Positions 1 through 16,574 of a stretch of DNA of 64,000 nucleotides are shown here, piece after piece. The stretch spans positions 51,584,001 through 51,648,000 of the forward strand of contig OX597830.1 in assembly GCA_951406725.2 (NCBI GenBank), written 5' to 3'. How positions within the stretch are numbered: position 1 is the first letter of the stretch; every line of letters starts with the position of its first letter. The notes beneath the pieces were generated by a model, which ran no database searches, was not told the origin of the DNA, and was given only the letters and a program-made list of their open reading frames with translations. This DNA comes from Octopus vulgaris (lineage: Eukaryota). A program made the translations under genes and the position numbers.

Positions 1-200
1 TTTCTCTTGGAGTTATGAATTGAACAATGATAGATTTAACTGCTACGAAAAAGCATAACAAAAGTCCGCTGTTGGCTATATGAATCGATTGGAATCATAT
101 TGGAACGATCTGCAACCAGAATTAAATCATTTACTGCGAAGCAACTACGCCAACAAGCAACATTTGTAGAACATAGAAATAAGTTTAGTAACTGTAACTT
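1..200 (+). mobile_element. Degenerate N-terminal fragment of a Dong/R4-clade non-LTR retrotransposon ORF
   Basis: Frame 2 reads FSWSYELNNDRFNCYEKA*QKSAVGYMNRLESYWNDLQPELNH then shifts to FTAKQLRQQATF, resembling the W..E.N..CY...GY..R....W.....T.Q.L..QA N-terminal motif of R4/Dong elements. Confidence 0.5.
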
Positions 201-360
201 TATTTAAAAATTCGAAACTTAACCTTCTTCCCAACTCTATAAAATAAAACGAAAACGTGAATAATATAAGACCACCGTGTGGTTTCGCAGCTAACGACAT
301 TCCAACAGAATCCATAGTGTCTGCCAGCCAAACTACATTACTGGCTCGAGTAATATACAT

Positions 361-628
361 ATATGTTAATCCAAACATGAAAACACAAAGAGAAAACACG
401 ACGTGAGAATGTGGAACAAGTATAGTGTTATTGGACGTTCAGGAAAGGAAGGAAAGAAGGAGGATTTAACGTTTCGAGCGGAGCTCTTCGTCAGAAACAT
501 AGGAAAAGGAAAAATCCAAGGAAGGGAAGACATCGCCAACGATACACACGCGGTCACATTTTGAATAGCCGGAAGGGAATGGGTGAAGAAAAAGTTCTTT
601 CAAAGAAAAGAGAGTGCAAGAGAATGAG

Positions 629-664
<36 letters not shown>

Positions 665-746
665 TTCCTGAGCGTCCAATAACACTATACTTGTTCCACA
701 TTCTCACGTCGTGTTTTCTCTTTGTGTTTTCATTTTTGGATTAACA

Positions 747-750
<4 letters not shown>
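361..750 (-). mobile_element. Penelope-like element terminal (pLTR) fragment with an inverted partial copy across a (TA)n tract
   Basis: 361-445 recurs inverted at 665-750; same family at 19455-19660 (+) and 29316-29560 (-); carries a hammerhead motif. Confidence 0.65.
464..498 (-). ncRNA. Minimal type-I hammerhead ribozyme motif
   Basis: Minus strand gttt-CTGACGA-a-GAGC-tcc-GCTC-GAAAC-GTT-aaat: core boxes, stem II, palindromic ACGU stem III, stem I gttt/aaat. Confidence 0.65.
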
Positions 751-789
<39 letters not shown>

Positions 790-799
790 AAAAAATATA

Positions 800-1137
800 T
801 ATAAAAATACAAACTGGGACAAGAACGCAAAACATTCAAATAGACGACACATAAAAACGGACGGGTCATTCGAAGCCTCTAATCTTCAGTCAGGAACCGG
901 ATCATCCTCGCAATTTCGGTTGATTAATCTTGAGATCGCTCCGATCCGGCCAGCTCCAAGGAAAAACTAAGCTACAAGCATTAGATTTCTTGGAAAAAGG
1001 ATCGAATGTATACGAAACAAGGACAGAAAAACGGACGATGCCACACGAATAAAAATACAAAAAGCAATAATAATAATAACAGGGCAAAAACAACAGGTGT
1101 CTTTCGACTTTAGACAGTTCAACTTAGCTTAGCTGGC
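800..1137 (-). mobile_element. Interspersed repeat (probable second Penelope-like terminal family) beside TA microsatellites
   Basis: Homologous copies at 20345-20720 and 31760-31900, all abutting (TA)n; strand inferred from a hammerhead-like motif. Confidence 0.5.
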
Positions 1138-1199
1138 ATACACATACATACACATTCACACAAACATATATATCTATTTATATATATATATATAAATGT

Positions 1200-1271
<72 letters not shown>

Positions 1272-1300
1272 ATGTGTGTATGTATGCATGCATCTATGCA

Positions 1301-1347
<47 letters not shown>

Positions 1348-2190
1348 GTATGTATGTATCTCAGTATATATCTATTCATGTATGAGAAGTTGGCATGCCA
1401 AGAGTGTTTATCTTTCATAGATAAGGTTACTGGTCTATATTCTAAAACTTTTGCCGTCTATCGTGCGGAAATCCGTTTAGTGATAAAAGTTGATAAACTG
1501 AAACTCTATAGTCCTGTTGACCTCTCTTTTGCTCTCCACGATAGTATTCTATAATAAATAGACCATTTGTAATTGTTTCATGTATCAAATAAATTTCATT
1601 AATAGATTTAATTTATTTATAATTGTACAAACCACTAGAACATTGGGTGAGCCCATCGTAATCTTTATAGTGCATGTGTATGGGGTTGTGTATGTGTGTG
1701 TGTGTATCTGTGTGTGTGGGGATTATGTGTGCGTTTGCGATTGTCTGTGTGTGTGTTGTGTTGTGTTGTGTGGGTGTATGTGTGTGCTGTGTTGCGTGTA
1801 TGTGTATGCATGTGTATGTGTTTTGTGTGTATGTGTGAATTGTGTGTGCGTGTGTGTTGTGTGTGTTTGTGCTTTGTGTGTGTGTGTGCTTTGGGTGCGC
1901 GTGTGCACGCGCGAGCGTACATTTATTAACTTTCACAAGGAAAAGTTTGGCAGTAATTTCGAATTTTCGTCTTGCTCGGCCTCCATTAGACTGTCCTATG
2001 AAGTTGCGTAGACCGAAAGTTTGAAGTCACTTTCAACTTGTTCCTCGTAGGACTTCAATAAACAATTACTCTACTAAAATATATTCAGTAATCCTTCAGT
2101 TTAAGATTAACTTAAAACCAAACATCAATATATATCAGTGTGTGAGTGTGTGTGCGTGCGTGTGTGTGTGTGTATGTTTATATGTATGTG

Positions 2191-2229
<39 letters not shown>

Positions 2230-2520
2230 TTTGCAAACAATTGGTACATGCAAGTGCTGCCAGTGAAAAGCTCCACATGCTGAAGCCAGCAAGTGTATAA
2301 GGTTATCAGGAGAAAATGCGCGCCATTTCGGGGCCTACCTCTCGACGGCATCATTGCTCACTGGCCCGCGGAATTTTGTTTTCCCACGAGAGTAGATTGA
2401 TGACGTGAAATGCATGATTGCATGATGTTTCTACTAATGTTATCTAATTATTTCGGCATTATGGTGAAACGCATGTATGCACTATAAAACTTTGAATATC
2501 GCAAACTATTATTATTACAA

Positions 2521-2970
2521 AGGCGGCGAGTGGATAGAATCGTTAGCATGCTCGGCCAAATTCTTACCAGCATGTCCTCCGTCGCTAAGCTGTGAGTTCG
2601 AATTTCGCAGAGGACCACTTTGCCTTTCATCGACTTGAAAGTCGATAAAATAAGTACCAGCTCAGCACTGGTGTCGATGTGATCGTATTACCCCCACCCC
2701 CACCCGCTAACTCCAATTTCAAACCCTGTGCCTATCGTAGAAAAGATTATTGTTATTAGTAGTATTATAAAAGTGACAAGCTGGCAGAATCGTTAGCACG
2801 CCGGGAAAAATACTTAGCGGCATTTCGTCCGTCTTTGCGCTCTGGACTCAAATGCGGCCTGGACCGACTTTGCCGTTCATCCTTTCGGTATCGATAAAAT
2901 AAGTACCAGTTTAGCATTGGCGTCGATTTAATTGACTTAGGCCGCGTCTCCACGAAATTACTGTCCTTGC
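2521..2970 (+). mobile_element. Two tandem copies of the major tRNA-derived SINE (ggcggcgagctggcagaa head; central ctttcatcctttcggggtcgataaaataagtaccag resembling the Meta/MESC domain)
   Basis: A/B-box-like head plus conserved central block repeated >20 times, e.g. also 4745-4955, 10040-10230, 16707-16920, 29560-29790, 39777-39950, 41050-41260. Confidence 0.85.
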
Positions 2971-3003
2971 GCTAATGCGCGCATGCATGTGTTTATGTGT
3001 GTT

Positions 3004-3064
<61 letters not shown>

Positions 3065-3209
3065 ATGTGTGTGTGTGTGTGTGTGTCGTGAAGGATTTCC
3101 TCATCGGATCTTTGCAATACATTTGACTTTGAAGATTGAGTCACCCTATCAATAAGTGTTGCAATGTACGTTTTAAATATCATTACACACACTCACACAA
3201 ACAAACATA

Positions 3210-3262
<53 letters not shown>

Positions 3263-4093
3263 ACACAAGCACGCGCACACATTATTGCAACATTTGATCT
3301 ATTTCTTTAACAATAGGAGCTGTGCAGTTTCGGTCGCAAGTAATGATACCTCCATCTCCAAGAGTACCTGTTCCAGTAACTATAGCAATAAACACCTACC
3401 TCTGAAGTACAAACGGAACTGGCAGAAAATCAATAACGACAGCATCAGACGTGTCAGCCAAGAAATATTCTCTGATGAAGGCGATTATATTTTTATTCCA
3501 CGCAAATCAAGTAAGACATTCTGACCATTCTTCTTCCTTTTATATTGATGTGTATTTTTCGGGGCTTTTTTCGTCTTCATTTTATTATTCTTTTCGCAAT
3601 TCTATGGTACAATGCGACCACGCGGTTTCGTTTACTGTTTCATAAACACGCACCTTACGGGAGGTACAGAATTAATGTGGATGTAGTAAGCAGTCATGTA
3701 TATGTATATGAACGTATATGTATATGAACGTGTATGTGTGCATGCGTGCAAGTGTCTGCGTTTGTGTGCATGTGTCTATACACTCATGCCTACATGTGTA
3801 TATATGTGCGTGTGTGTGTGTTCTCTTCGTTGTTTCGTTCAAAAGAGATCGATAGAATAAGGTCTAGGCCTATGAAAAATCTCCTGGCCCGATGTCTTTG
3901 ACTAAGCACCATTCAAGGCGGAGCGGTGCCCCAGTATGGCCACAGTCAAATGACTGAAACAAGTAAAAGATCAAAGATAAAAGATGCATTCTCATTGAAC
4001 ATCTAATATTTGATTTTCCTTTCTTTTTCAGAACGAGCAAATCATGAACCAGACCAAACACCGAACATTTCTTGGGACTATACTTTCTGAATT

Positions 4094-4500
4094 TCATGTA
4101 TTTGGTAAAAGAAAATTTACTGCTTTCATGTATACTCCATCAAAAGCCATTTGCCACTTCGCTTTGAGTTCCACGATTGGGTTATTGATAATTGGTTCAA
4201 ATGCCAAAAAAAACCCTTGTCTCAAGAGAAAATTGCAAAAGCTTTTCATGTCTTCCAAAGACGGAGCTGATCCTGACGGAGCTGATCCTGACGGAGCTGC
4301 TCGTTGCTTCCGGTCGAGGGATAGCTTGAAGTCGCATCCGGCCCAACACTGGAACTCGTCGTTCCTTCCAGTCTGCAATTGCTCGTTACTTCGAGTCCAG
4401 GAAAAGCTGGTAGTTGCTTCCGATTCAACGTTCGGGCTCGATGTTATTTGCAGTCCAGGAATAGAGCCCCACGTTGCTTCCGGGTCATCATGAGAACCGA
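4094..4500 (-). other. Unassigned GC-richer open frame containing a 15-bp tandem repeat (SGSAP x2.6); possibly a retroelement ORF1 remnant
   Basis: Open on both strands; gacggagctgatcct repeated at 4260-4299; no recognisable motif. Confidence 0.2.
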
Positions 4501-6335
4501 GTAAGGGGTTACTTATTGAAAATAAATGAAAAAGACTGAGGATAAGAAAAGAAAATATGAAAAATAGAAAAAGAAACACTTTGAAGAAATTTCTTATATC
4601 CATTCTTTTAAACAAATTCTACAATGAAGTCGACGCTCGGTTGAAGAAACAGACAGGAAAATGACAGCTTAAAGAAATTTCCCGAAGTCTAGTTTGGAAC
4701 ATTCCGTATTAAACAGCAGTTATCGATGTATTGACTGCCATTTAGACGGTGAGCTGGTAAAATCATTACCACATTGCACAAACTGTTTACTGGCATTTCG
4801 CCTGTCCTTATGTTCTAAGTTCAAATTCCTCCGAGATCGACTTTGCCTTTCATCCTCTTAAGGCTGATGAAATAAGTACCAGTCGCGCAGTCGGGTCGAC
4901 GTTATCGACCAGCCCCTCACAAAAAAAAGCAGGTCTTGCACCTATAATAGAAATGACTATCATTGTTGTCATTTATTTGCACTGTCATGTCTGTGACAGA
5001 TTTTGAAATCTTTGTTTACTTTGGAATTATTTTCCCGCATTAAAGAGTAAAACAAGAACCGTATCTCAGTTCTTTACAGATTTCCAGATAGTTGAAATGA
5101 AACTTCATAGAATAAAAACAGAGTTTTATTCTAAAGAATATGGTACGTAAAGGAGAAATAAGAACTATTGATTACTCCAACCAATCAATACAGATCGAGT
5201 TGGAGAGAAAAAAATGTTTCCGTCCTGGTAACCAGACTACATATACCTTGATATGGAGTTAAAGACTAAACTGTCTCCTACAATTAGAAACCCAAACTGC
5301 TGATTCACCCAACAGAATCTCCAATGAATATGGAACAAAGATCCGGTACAGATACTGAAACATCATTCTGCTGGCCTCCAATAGGAAAGCGATGAATGAC
5401 TGGATGGTTATTGGACAAGCATCCTGGAGATCAGTGGTTTCCCCTCTGGTCATGGGCACTATACTGTGCCTATAATCGAGGCACCAAACATTCACCGGCT
5501 AAATACCCCTAACTAAATGTAAGTAGCAGCAAATGGAATCGTACATTGTTTCGAGCTGGATCAAACACTCTACAGTATTGACAATTGCTTCTCAAATTAA
5601 CGATGCTGAGTTCACATCGCCATAGAAGCCAAACAACCGAGAATTACCACAAAATAATGGTGCACTAAACATTTGAACTTCTGATTGGAAGCTCAAATGT
5701 CCCGTTGTGAATAATGTTTTCGTTCTTCGTCCACATTTGTTTAGATTATAAGAGGTAAATCGTCTACAATTGTAAATTCAAATCATCATGCCTGTAACGC
5801 TCTAACTGTTTACAATATAACGGCACGTATTCTTTGTCGGTACTGAAAGTATTGTCTATATTAAGAACTGTTATTTATTTGAGTTTATGTATATAATAAG
5901 AGTTTATATATGTAACGAATATTATAACGTTCTGAGGTCGGCCAGTTCTTTACTGTAACAACTAAAGTGACTAGACAAAAAAAAAAACAACTTCATTTTC
6001 TGTATATCTGTACTTTTACTACGAAACTGCCATCGAGTGGTCCGTCATGTAATGTTAAAGATGGTAAACACTTTAAAAATTATGAAAAAGAGAAAAAAAT
6101 TACTCAGATTTGACATTTGCTATCTCATATCACCTTTGTTACTTCCTTTGAATACCTGATCACAATATAATGGACAGGAATAAGTAACAGAAATTGCAAT
6201 AATCATGAAGAACAATGCTATAACAACTGATAGTTATCATGATTTACCAAAAACCAAATGGATCATCTAAAGAATAACACACAGGCGCAGAAAAAAATTG
6301 GTAAATATAACATTTTAATATTATGTAACTTTCGA

Positions 6336-6520
6336 AGGTGGCGAGCAAGCAGATTCGTTAGCACTCCGAGTAGGACGCTAGGCAGCAGTTCATCCGTCTT
6401 TGCGTTTGAACTCAAATCCCGTCGGGATCGATAAAATAAGTACCAATTGAGGCCTGAGGTTGATGTAACTGACTCAGCCCCTTCCTTGTGTCTGCTATAC
6501 TTGTGTCAAAATTTTAAACC
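6336..6520 (+). mobile_element. Major tRNA-SINE monomer with target-site duplication
   Basis: Flanked by the direct repeat ttatgtaactttc (~6321 and ~6525). Confidence 0.75.
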
Positions 6521-7182
6521 AATGTTATGTAACTTTCCAGAGATTCGGTTGTTGGTTTGCGGAAGTAATGGAACACAAAATAAAATATCTAGTAGTACTG
6601 TTTTAAAGAGTAGATAGAGGTGGAGAGCGGTAGTGCCTATGATACCTTTCCACTGAAACACTGACACAAATGGAAGTGGGCCACGGAAGAAAGAACTATA
6701 ACCTGTAGATTATCCTTAGACAAGAGACAGGGCTTTCATATTTACAGCATAGTAAACACTGTTGAAGATATTCAAAACTCACTGGGTGTGAAAGTTGAAC
6801 AAAGAGTGAGCGACAGAAGTAGAGGATAGGAACGTTTAACCTGAAGATCACAGTGGTAGTGAAAATGTCCATATTTATTTATTACCAAATAAAAATTCTT
6901 TTATTTGCTAATATAGAGCTAGAAACCATGGTCCACGAGATAGATGGTAAATGTTTTTATTTTTCATTTCCTTCGAAATTTATCCCTAATAGTGGTTTGG
7001 ATTTTGGCTATTCCTTCTAGCGTGCTAGGTGTCCTATGATGGTCACCTCTTACGTGTTTAAATGTACACTGTATTTATATGAATAATATATAGTCTATTG
7101 ACTAGTTTTCTACATACTAGGCCAAACATTTCTAAATTCTTTTCTTACCCTGATATTTATTAATTATTAATTATATATATAA

Positions 7183-7186
<4 letters not shown>

Positions 7187-7272
<86 letters not shown>
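7187..7272. repeat. (AAT)n/(ATT)n back-to-back microsatellite
   Basis: Read directly; self-complementary arrangement. Confidence 0.95.
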
Positions 7273-7568
7273 CATTTTCTGAATCACTTTCACTCGCACT
7301 AGACTCGCGCGCACGATCACAAGTAGACGCGATCGCCAATTCACAAGCACTCGTACACAGACTTGTAGACGTTTTCCAAAAACAAATCTTGAGTTGCTTG
7401 CTTAGAAGAAGCCTTTTTTTGCTCTATAAATTTCTGGGGAAAGGCATTTGTTATGGTAGTAGAAAATTTTGCATTTGGTTCAAAATTTGGATCTTGTGCT
7501 TGAACAATGAAAACTCGTAAACCTGATGTCTCGTAAAGCGGGTCCTCGTAAAGTGAAGTGTTACTGTT

Positions 7569-7624
<56 letters not shown>

Positions 7625-8678
7625 CATTCGTTCTGCGCGCGTGAGTGCGTGTATGTGTGTATCTGAAGTTTTCTCATCCGGAAGGCATACTATTTTCTTT
7701 CATCTTCTCTTTCATTCTTTTGTAACAGATGAGAAACTTGAAGTGAAGATTTGTAAGATCTTAATACCAACCAAGTCAGTAATTGAGCGTTTTTGTCAAG
7801 TCCTTCGAAGATTGAAAATACCATCAAATCTAAAAATCAGAAACTGTTAAAATATCAAGCCTTCTATCTTGGATTTACATTACGAATGGTAATTTCGTTG
7901 GCGAAAAAGATAACTGATGAAAATATTTTCAATTTCTACTTGACGTAAATATTTCATGACTTCAAAAGTTGGTGAAGTTTGCAATTGCACTTTGGTGCAC
8001 CGTCTACATCATGTGATATTTTCATTAAATCAAATAGAAACGGACTAGACATTGAATTCCCGATACCTGCAATCGAGGGACATAATATACGAACAACTTT
8101 TGACACATGGGCTGACGGCCAGCGTCTAACTACCCTTTGTAGAATCGGAAGAAATCTCCGTAAGTTTGTATGAATATGCATACAGATATATTCACATATA
8201 CATTATGTATTTTCATACACACAAACATAAACGCAAACACACACACTCACACACACACACACACACACGCACACACTAATGACTTAGACAACGACAAGAC
8301 AACGAAATCTGTGATTAATTTTGATGTCAGAGTGACTTGCAGATTTTGCCAGAAGTTGAAATTCTCACCTTTTTTTTTAGCTCTGATACCATGTGTTCAT
8401 GAGAATAGTTACGTGAAAGGTTTTAAAATGCCATTTGCGACGAACACGACAAACAAACAAAATCAACCAATATTTTGTACTAAAAGGCAAAATCATGAGT
8501 AGACGTACCCCTCCCTTGAATAATGAAAGTCAGCCTTGAGAAGCATATGTGATCATAGACATCGAATCCACTACGCTTGGACACCATATCTCATTCATAT
8601 CATATCTTGGAAATCGAACTTCACTGTTCACGTCACACGAACTCACGCACACGCACATACATATGCATACACACAAAC

Positions 8679-8720
<42 letters not shown>

Positions 8721-8939
8721 CACACAGTTGTTATTTTGTTGTGATTTTGAAGGAATGTTAAGAATAACAACAGTATATTTACCACTACCACTGGGAGTAG
8801 GATTCATTACTTAAAGTAAACTGAAATTTTGATTAGGGTGGCAAGTGCAAGCTAGCCGGTGTCTCAAGCAATTCAACGGCTAAAGTGAACTTCATGTTCC
8901 GCTAGGTGAACTTGAAGTCCCCGTTAAAAGTAATTTTAC

Positions 8940-10750
<1,811 letters not shown>

Positions 10751-12711
10751 TAACGTTCCACACGCTTTTTAAACTCTGAATACATTTACGTTTATATATA
10801 TATTATTTTTTTCCTTAGATTATATTTTATTTTAAGAGAAAATATTATCATGTTTATTATTATTTATTTTGAAATTGATTGATATGCTTTTATCTTGTAT
10901 TGTAATATTTTTTTTTTATTTATTACTATTATTTTGTTCTGATACCTTAAATGCGATTTGTAAAAAGGAGAAGTGTAAATGAAAAGTAATGTTAAAATCT
11001 AGGAATAAATAAAAATCTTTTATAAATAAAATATCTCAAATTTTTTGTGCTGTTTTGTTTGTTTGTTTGTTTTTTTTTGTTTTTACTCTCAAAGTGATTT
11101 CTTGTCGGTGACGACAATGAACTTTTCCCTGTGTGACAGACTGAATTCCTACTTGTGGAATTGGCCCATAATTAGTGCTGGTCCCTTTTTCGTAGATGTA
11201 TGTAGGATTAATGTAATTTTCAGTCCAAATCAGTATGAAATAATATTCAACCATCGAAGCCGGGACCTCCGTGATTCCTGTACAATACAGAGGGGAGGGG
11301 GGTAAGAGATAGAGGAGAAAATATCGTTGTCGGTTGTTGGTTAGTATTTTATTTATCGACCTCAAAATTAGAACACAACACTGATCACGGTAAGAAATGA
11401 AGTTTCATTTCAGAGAGACGAAAGAATCCTCCTTTTCGTCGTTAGAATTCAATTAATTTGCAATCTTCTTATTCTTGAAGAACATGCAGAATCGGAGAAT
11501 GATTATGCTAGCAAAAAGAAAGGCACTCCAGATATATGTAGATAAGTTGGTTCAGAAATTTTTTTTAAAAGTTCTATTGAAATACATTCTATCAGATTTC
11601 TCTTATTTTTATTTTTATTCACTTTTGCAATTTCGTTTCACTGTTTTTTTTTGTTTGTTTTTTTTTCAAGAATCGGAATTATAAATAAACAAACTTGAAA
11701 ATGCTTAAAATATATTAAATTTATATGAAGATTTCATTAAAAGAATAAATTGAAGACATTTGAAATGCATGAAATCAGGAAAGTAGCAATATTAAAATTT
11801 ACAAGAATATTATCAACAGCTTCAGTGATAACATCAACAAACTCGAAAAAGAAAAGCAACAAAATATTTGCAAAACTGAAAAAATTAAAAACTCCAAATA
11901 AAAAGCAATAAGAGATTCATATTTTTTTAATTTTAATCTGTCAAGCACACACACAAAGAAAAATAGCAGAAAAAACAGATACGACAAAATGAACAACAGT
12001 CAGATAAAAACAAAAAAAAATATATGCAAACGGTTTTAGAAATGCAAAAAAAAAAAAGAAGAAAAAGAACAGCGCAGGTAAAGTTAAAAAGCTTAACATA
12101 AATATTTCTTAAAAAATACTAAATTACAACAAATTCAACATTGAAACTATCAAACAAATTTGAAAGAAAAATACGCAGCAAGTTGTGTTTTCACTGAAAA
12201 CTACAAAATGGCGTCTTTACAAGTGGTTTCCTTTGAAAATGTTATATTGAAAATATATTTTGCCTGTAGATATAGCTATTGACAGAATGTGAGATATCTT
12301 CACATTTTCTGAACACATAGAGATGGTGTTGGAAATAGATTTCAAATAAAACTGGTCTGTTACTCTTCTTATGTTGTGTCGAAATTCAGCCATGTTTTAT
12401 CAACAGCAACGTTTGCTTTTTTTTTCTTCTCTGTCGATTTATTTATTTATTCGTGTGTGTGTGTGTGTGTTTATTAAGAAATGCGACTCTACATTTTCTT
12501 TTAAACAACATATTCAATGTACACTTTAATATGATGATTCTGTCAAATAGCTAACGGTTCACACCATGCAAATACATTGCCAGACGCTTATGAATTGGTA
12601 TGACATTGGTATGACTTGGATATGAAGTAGGTTATATTTCTATTGTGTGTGAATACATACATATACATACATACATACATACATACATACATACATACAT
12701 ACATACATACA

Positions 12712-12785
<74 letters not shown>

Positions 12786-12889
12786 CATATATACATATAT
12801 ATATGTATATATGTATATATATATATATGGGGTGGGGATTATACATATATGTATGAATGCGTGTACTTATGTATGCATAAAATCATAAA

Positions 12890-12934
<45 letters not shown>

Positions 12935-12956
12935 TAAAATGATTTAAAAACATATG

Positions 12957-13005
<49 letters not shown>

Positions 13006-13296
13006 TACAGGCATTTGTCTTTGAGTAGCCTTGTGCGTTCGTGGTTTCGCTAGCACATGCGCGCGCGTGTTTCTAAGAACAAAACACAGATGCTTGAGAA
13101 TATGATAATGGATTTTTACATATAAATTATGTGTGTACGCCTTGATGGCTGAGTGATTGCCTGCTTCTATGTTCGTGTAAGAGGGAATGTTTTCGTTTTC
13201 GATTTACTCTGGAAATAAGCATTGAAGCACTTTCCAGGAGAGAATGAGTGAAGCGTTTTGATATCGAAGTGTGTCGGGAATGAAAGGACTGTGTTT

Positions 13297-13346
<50 letters not shown>

Positions 13347-13443
13347 TTAATAAATATATCTGTGTATTGGTAGTGGATGGAGTGTTTTTGAGAGAGATGT
13401 TTTCAGAGCTACATCTACGGATATTAGTATGATAGATTGTATA

Positions 13444-14025
13444 CAGGGTGTTCAGACTAAATTTGACGATATTTTATGCCTCCTTTTTTTTCAGGGACAG
13501 CTTGATATATCGGTGAACAGTCAATGGCCTTGGTAAGCGTAAAGACTAGATTTGAAGTTTAGAAAAAGTTAACTGACATGGAGAACAGAAATCCATCTGA
13601 ATATTGGAAGAGAATTTGATCCAGGTATCAAAAGACTGGCATCATGATTGCTGCCTAATGCTGTATGAACATGCTAAAGACTGTAAAATACGACATAGGC
13701 AGCAGCAACGGAACTTTGCCCAGCGAGAGGGAACGCAGCAGACATTCTTACTTTACGCAGGACTTTATCCCACAACTAATGAACAGGATCTTCGCCTCAA
13801 TACAGACTGCTACATGAAGCTGGTACAGATTATAATCAATCCCTACCTGGAGAGAATTGCTGCTGAGAGGCCATATATATGGTCTCAGAAGTAAGAAGTG
13901 GTTGTCAGAGAATTTCTACGACTTTACCAGCCCAAGTTTTTAGACCCTAAATTCCCTGATTGTAAGCCTGTAGATTACTATGTGTGGGGAGCGGTTGAGA
14001 AAGACACCAACTGCTCTACCAACGT
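13444..14025 (+). mobile_element. Tc1/mariner-superfamily relic (left TIR plus catalytic C-terminal fragment)
   Basis: Starts TA|CAGGGTGTT; translates LRLNTDCYMKLV..PYLERIAAERPYIW and DCKPVDYYVWGAVEKDTN (WPPxSPDxNPxDYxVW motif). Confidence 0.75.
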
Positions 14026-14099
14026 CATATATATGTATGTATATGTGTGTGTTCTTGTTCAAATGACTTCAAATTTTAACAGCATGTGTAGAAACAGGT

Positions 14100-14728
14100 C
14101 AATATTTTGTTTAAGCATTGATATGTTTGTCATCAGGTTTAGAAATAGCATTCTTTGGAAGAGAAAGGGCGTTTCGTGTGTTGGAGTATGCTCGAACACA
14201 ATCATGCAGTTAGAAATTTCTCTAGAAAGTCACCAATGGCAATGAAGATTTGGACTTGGTAGAAGGAATTTAAAGAGGAACGCTGTCTGTGCAGAGCAAA
14301 AAGATCTGGACGACCACTTACATCAGAAGAGACGGTTTGGCGCGTCCTGAGGAACTGCTTGCTAATAAAACCGTACAAGCTGCACATGGGGCTATGTGAA
14401 GGGCTATGTCCCGCCTCTTCCTGCAAACCTAGCGGAAGTCGAGCAGAGAATCACTATCGCATTGTAGACTGTTACCCAAGACATGCTGCAGCGTGTTCGG
14501 GAGGAGCTGGACGACCGACTAGACGTGTGCTGTGTCTCAGGCGGTGCATATATTGAACATTTGTGAAATCGCTCATGGAATCAATATACCTTTGAAATTC
14601 TCATTCAAATTTGGAGGCATAAATCTTACGTTACTCAACATTAAGCCTGTTTAGTTTCATTTGCTTCGAGTATGTAGTTTCTGTGATATTTACATCTCAA
14701 ATGACATCAAATTTGTTGAAACACCCTG
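14100..14728 (+). mobile_element. Internally deleted Tc1/mariner element with DUF4817-type HTH N-terminus and right TIR
   Basis: VLEYARTQS..IWTW*KEFKEERCLCRAKRSGRPLTSEETV joined to WGYVKGYVPPLPANLAEVEQRI..MLQRVREELDDRLDVCCVSGGAYIEHL*; ends AACACCCTG|TA. Confidence 0.8.
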
Positions 14729-15714
14729 TATATACACACACACACACACACGTATATATATACGCATATATACATGCATCCATTCATATATATATATATG
14801 ATCTTTTGTTTATATTCGATTACTTTTCAGTGTTGCTTTAACCGAATTCTGTTACTTTTGCGCATTTAAGGATCCAGTAATTCGAGGAAATACCATTCGT
14901 CTTTATCATTTCCATTTAATTAAGCTAATTGAAATATTTCCTTCGTATGTACCATGCTTTTGGAACTTCAAATGAATGACATTTCTGCAGAACTGTGAGC
15001 ATCTGCTAAGTTCAACTGTTACTGCTAACTTCTAAAGAAGTGGTAAAAAATGTTTTAATACGACCATATTTTCAGGAAACGTCTAGAAAATATCTAATTT
15101 ATCATATTTTATTTTACACCATTTTAATAATTATATTTTCTGTCAAAAACATTTTTAATGCGTTAATTTTCTTTTTAAGCTAAGCCACCTTCGAGACTCC
15201 ATTAACATGAAATGCAAAGAAAAAATTTGATGAAAGTTTGTCAAAAAGAATTCAACTACTTTGTTAACTTATCAAATACTTGCAATAGATATGACTTATA
15301 CATACGTGCATGCATAAGACCTATACATGCGTGTACAAAAGTGTACATATATGCACACAGACACACACACACACACATACACACGTATATGTAACTTTTA
15401 GAAAATCACGTTTTTTCATTGACACGATCTTACAAGTATGGTTGGTTTAAAACAGTCTTCCACTTGTAATGGCTTCTTCTCATTCTGATTGAAAGAAAAA
15501 ATATTTCTGACATTTTCTGTTATTTATTTTTTTTTTATACATTCAGAGCTCAAATTGCAGTTAACATAAAGCCTTGTGGGTGGGTGTTTGGTTGGATATT
15601 GGAGTCTGTATTCTTTATAATGATGAATGTTCTATAGACAAATCTAAGATGCTGTCTTGGAGAAATTGAATCAGGGATTTATGGTGAATTCTCTTTATGT
15701 TATCGCTATTAATA

Positions 15715-16068
15715 TTATTATTATTATTATCATTATTGTTGAGTTAGAGAGCAGTGCAGCCATCAAAGTGACAATGGAATAAAATATACGAAGCTCCATA
15801 TACCCATCATGGCTACCCATCTGATAAGGGTACACCAGGCAAATGCATCACAACCATATGTACGCGTCATGGTGATCTCATATCAAGATAAAGATCCCAT
15901 GATCTTACAGGAGGTGCCCAGTTAGAATTTTCTTCAGGTTTAGTAGCCTATCCCACTCAAAAGGTCCCTGAATAAAGGCTGTTTAAAGATGATGAACAAA
16001 ACGCCCACGTTTCCAGGCGTGAATATATCCAAACCCCAAAGAATTCCTCTCTACACATGGCTATGATA
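15715..16068 (-). mobile_element. Interspersed repeat ending in (TAA)n, probable LINE 3' UTR
   Basis: GC-richer block whose minus strand ends ...ctctctaactcaacaataatgataataat. Confidence 0.4.
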
Positions 16069-16243
16069 CATTATTTACATTGTTTATATTATTTACATTT
16101 GATGAATATTTGTCCTCATCTTGTTTGTTGTTAACACAACGTTTCGGCTGATATACCCTTCAGCCTTCTTCAGATGTCTTTCAGAAATTTCGAACCTGGG
16201 TTCTCATCCCTAAAGTATTTTTCTATCTTATTATCATTATTAC

Positions 16244-16303
<60 letters not shown>

Positions 16304-16503
16304 CATCATCATCATTATTATTATTATTATTATTTTATGTTTGACTTTTGCTTTATATTTGTACAAGTTTGCTCCAAGTCTCACCCAGAGACCTCAAAAG
16401 ACAACAACTTAGAAGTTCATGTTGGTATTGTGCCTAGGCTTCCATATATTTGGTTTTGTACAGTGTTGTTCTAGAGAATGTTTAAGAAACCATAAGAAAA
16501 TTA

Positions 16504-16574
<71 letters not shown>

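Noticed and set aside
5200-5760. Coding-like GC-richer stretch, possibly an integrase remnant
   Set aside because: No frame gives a recognisable motif
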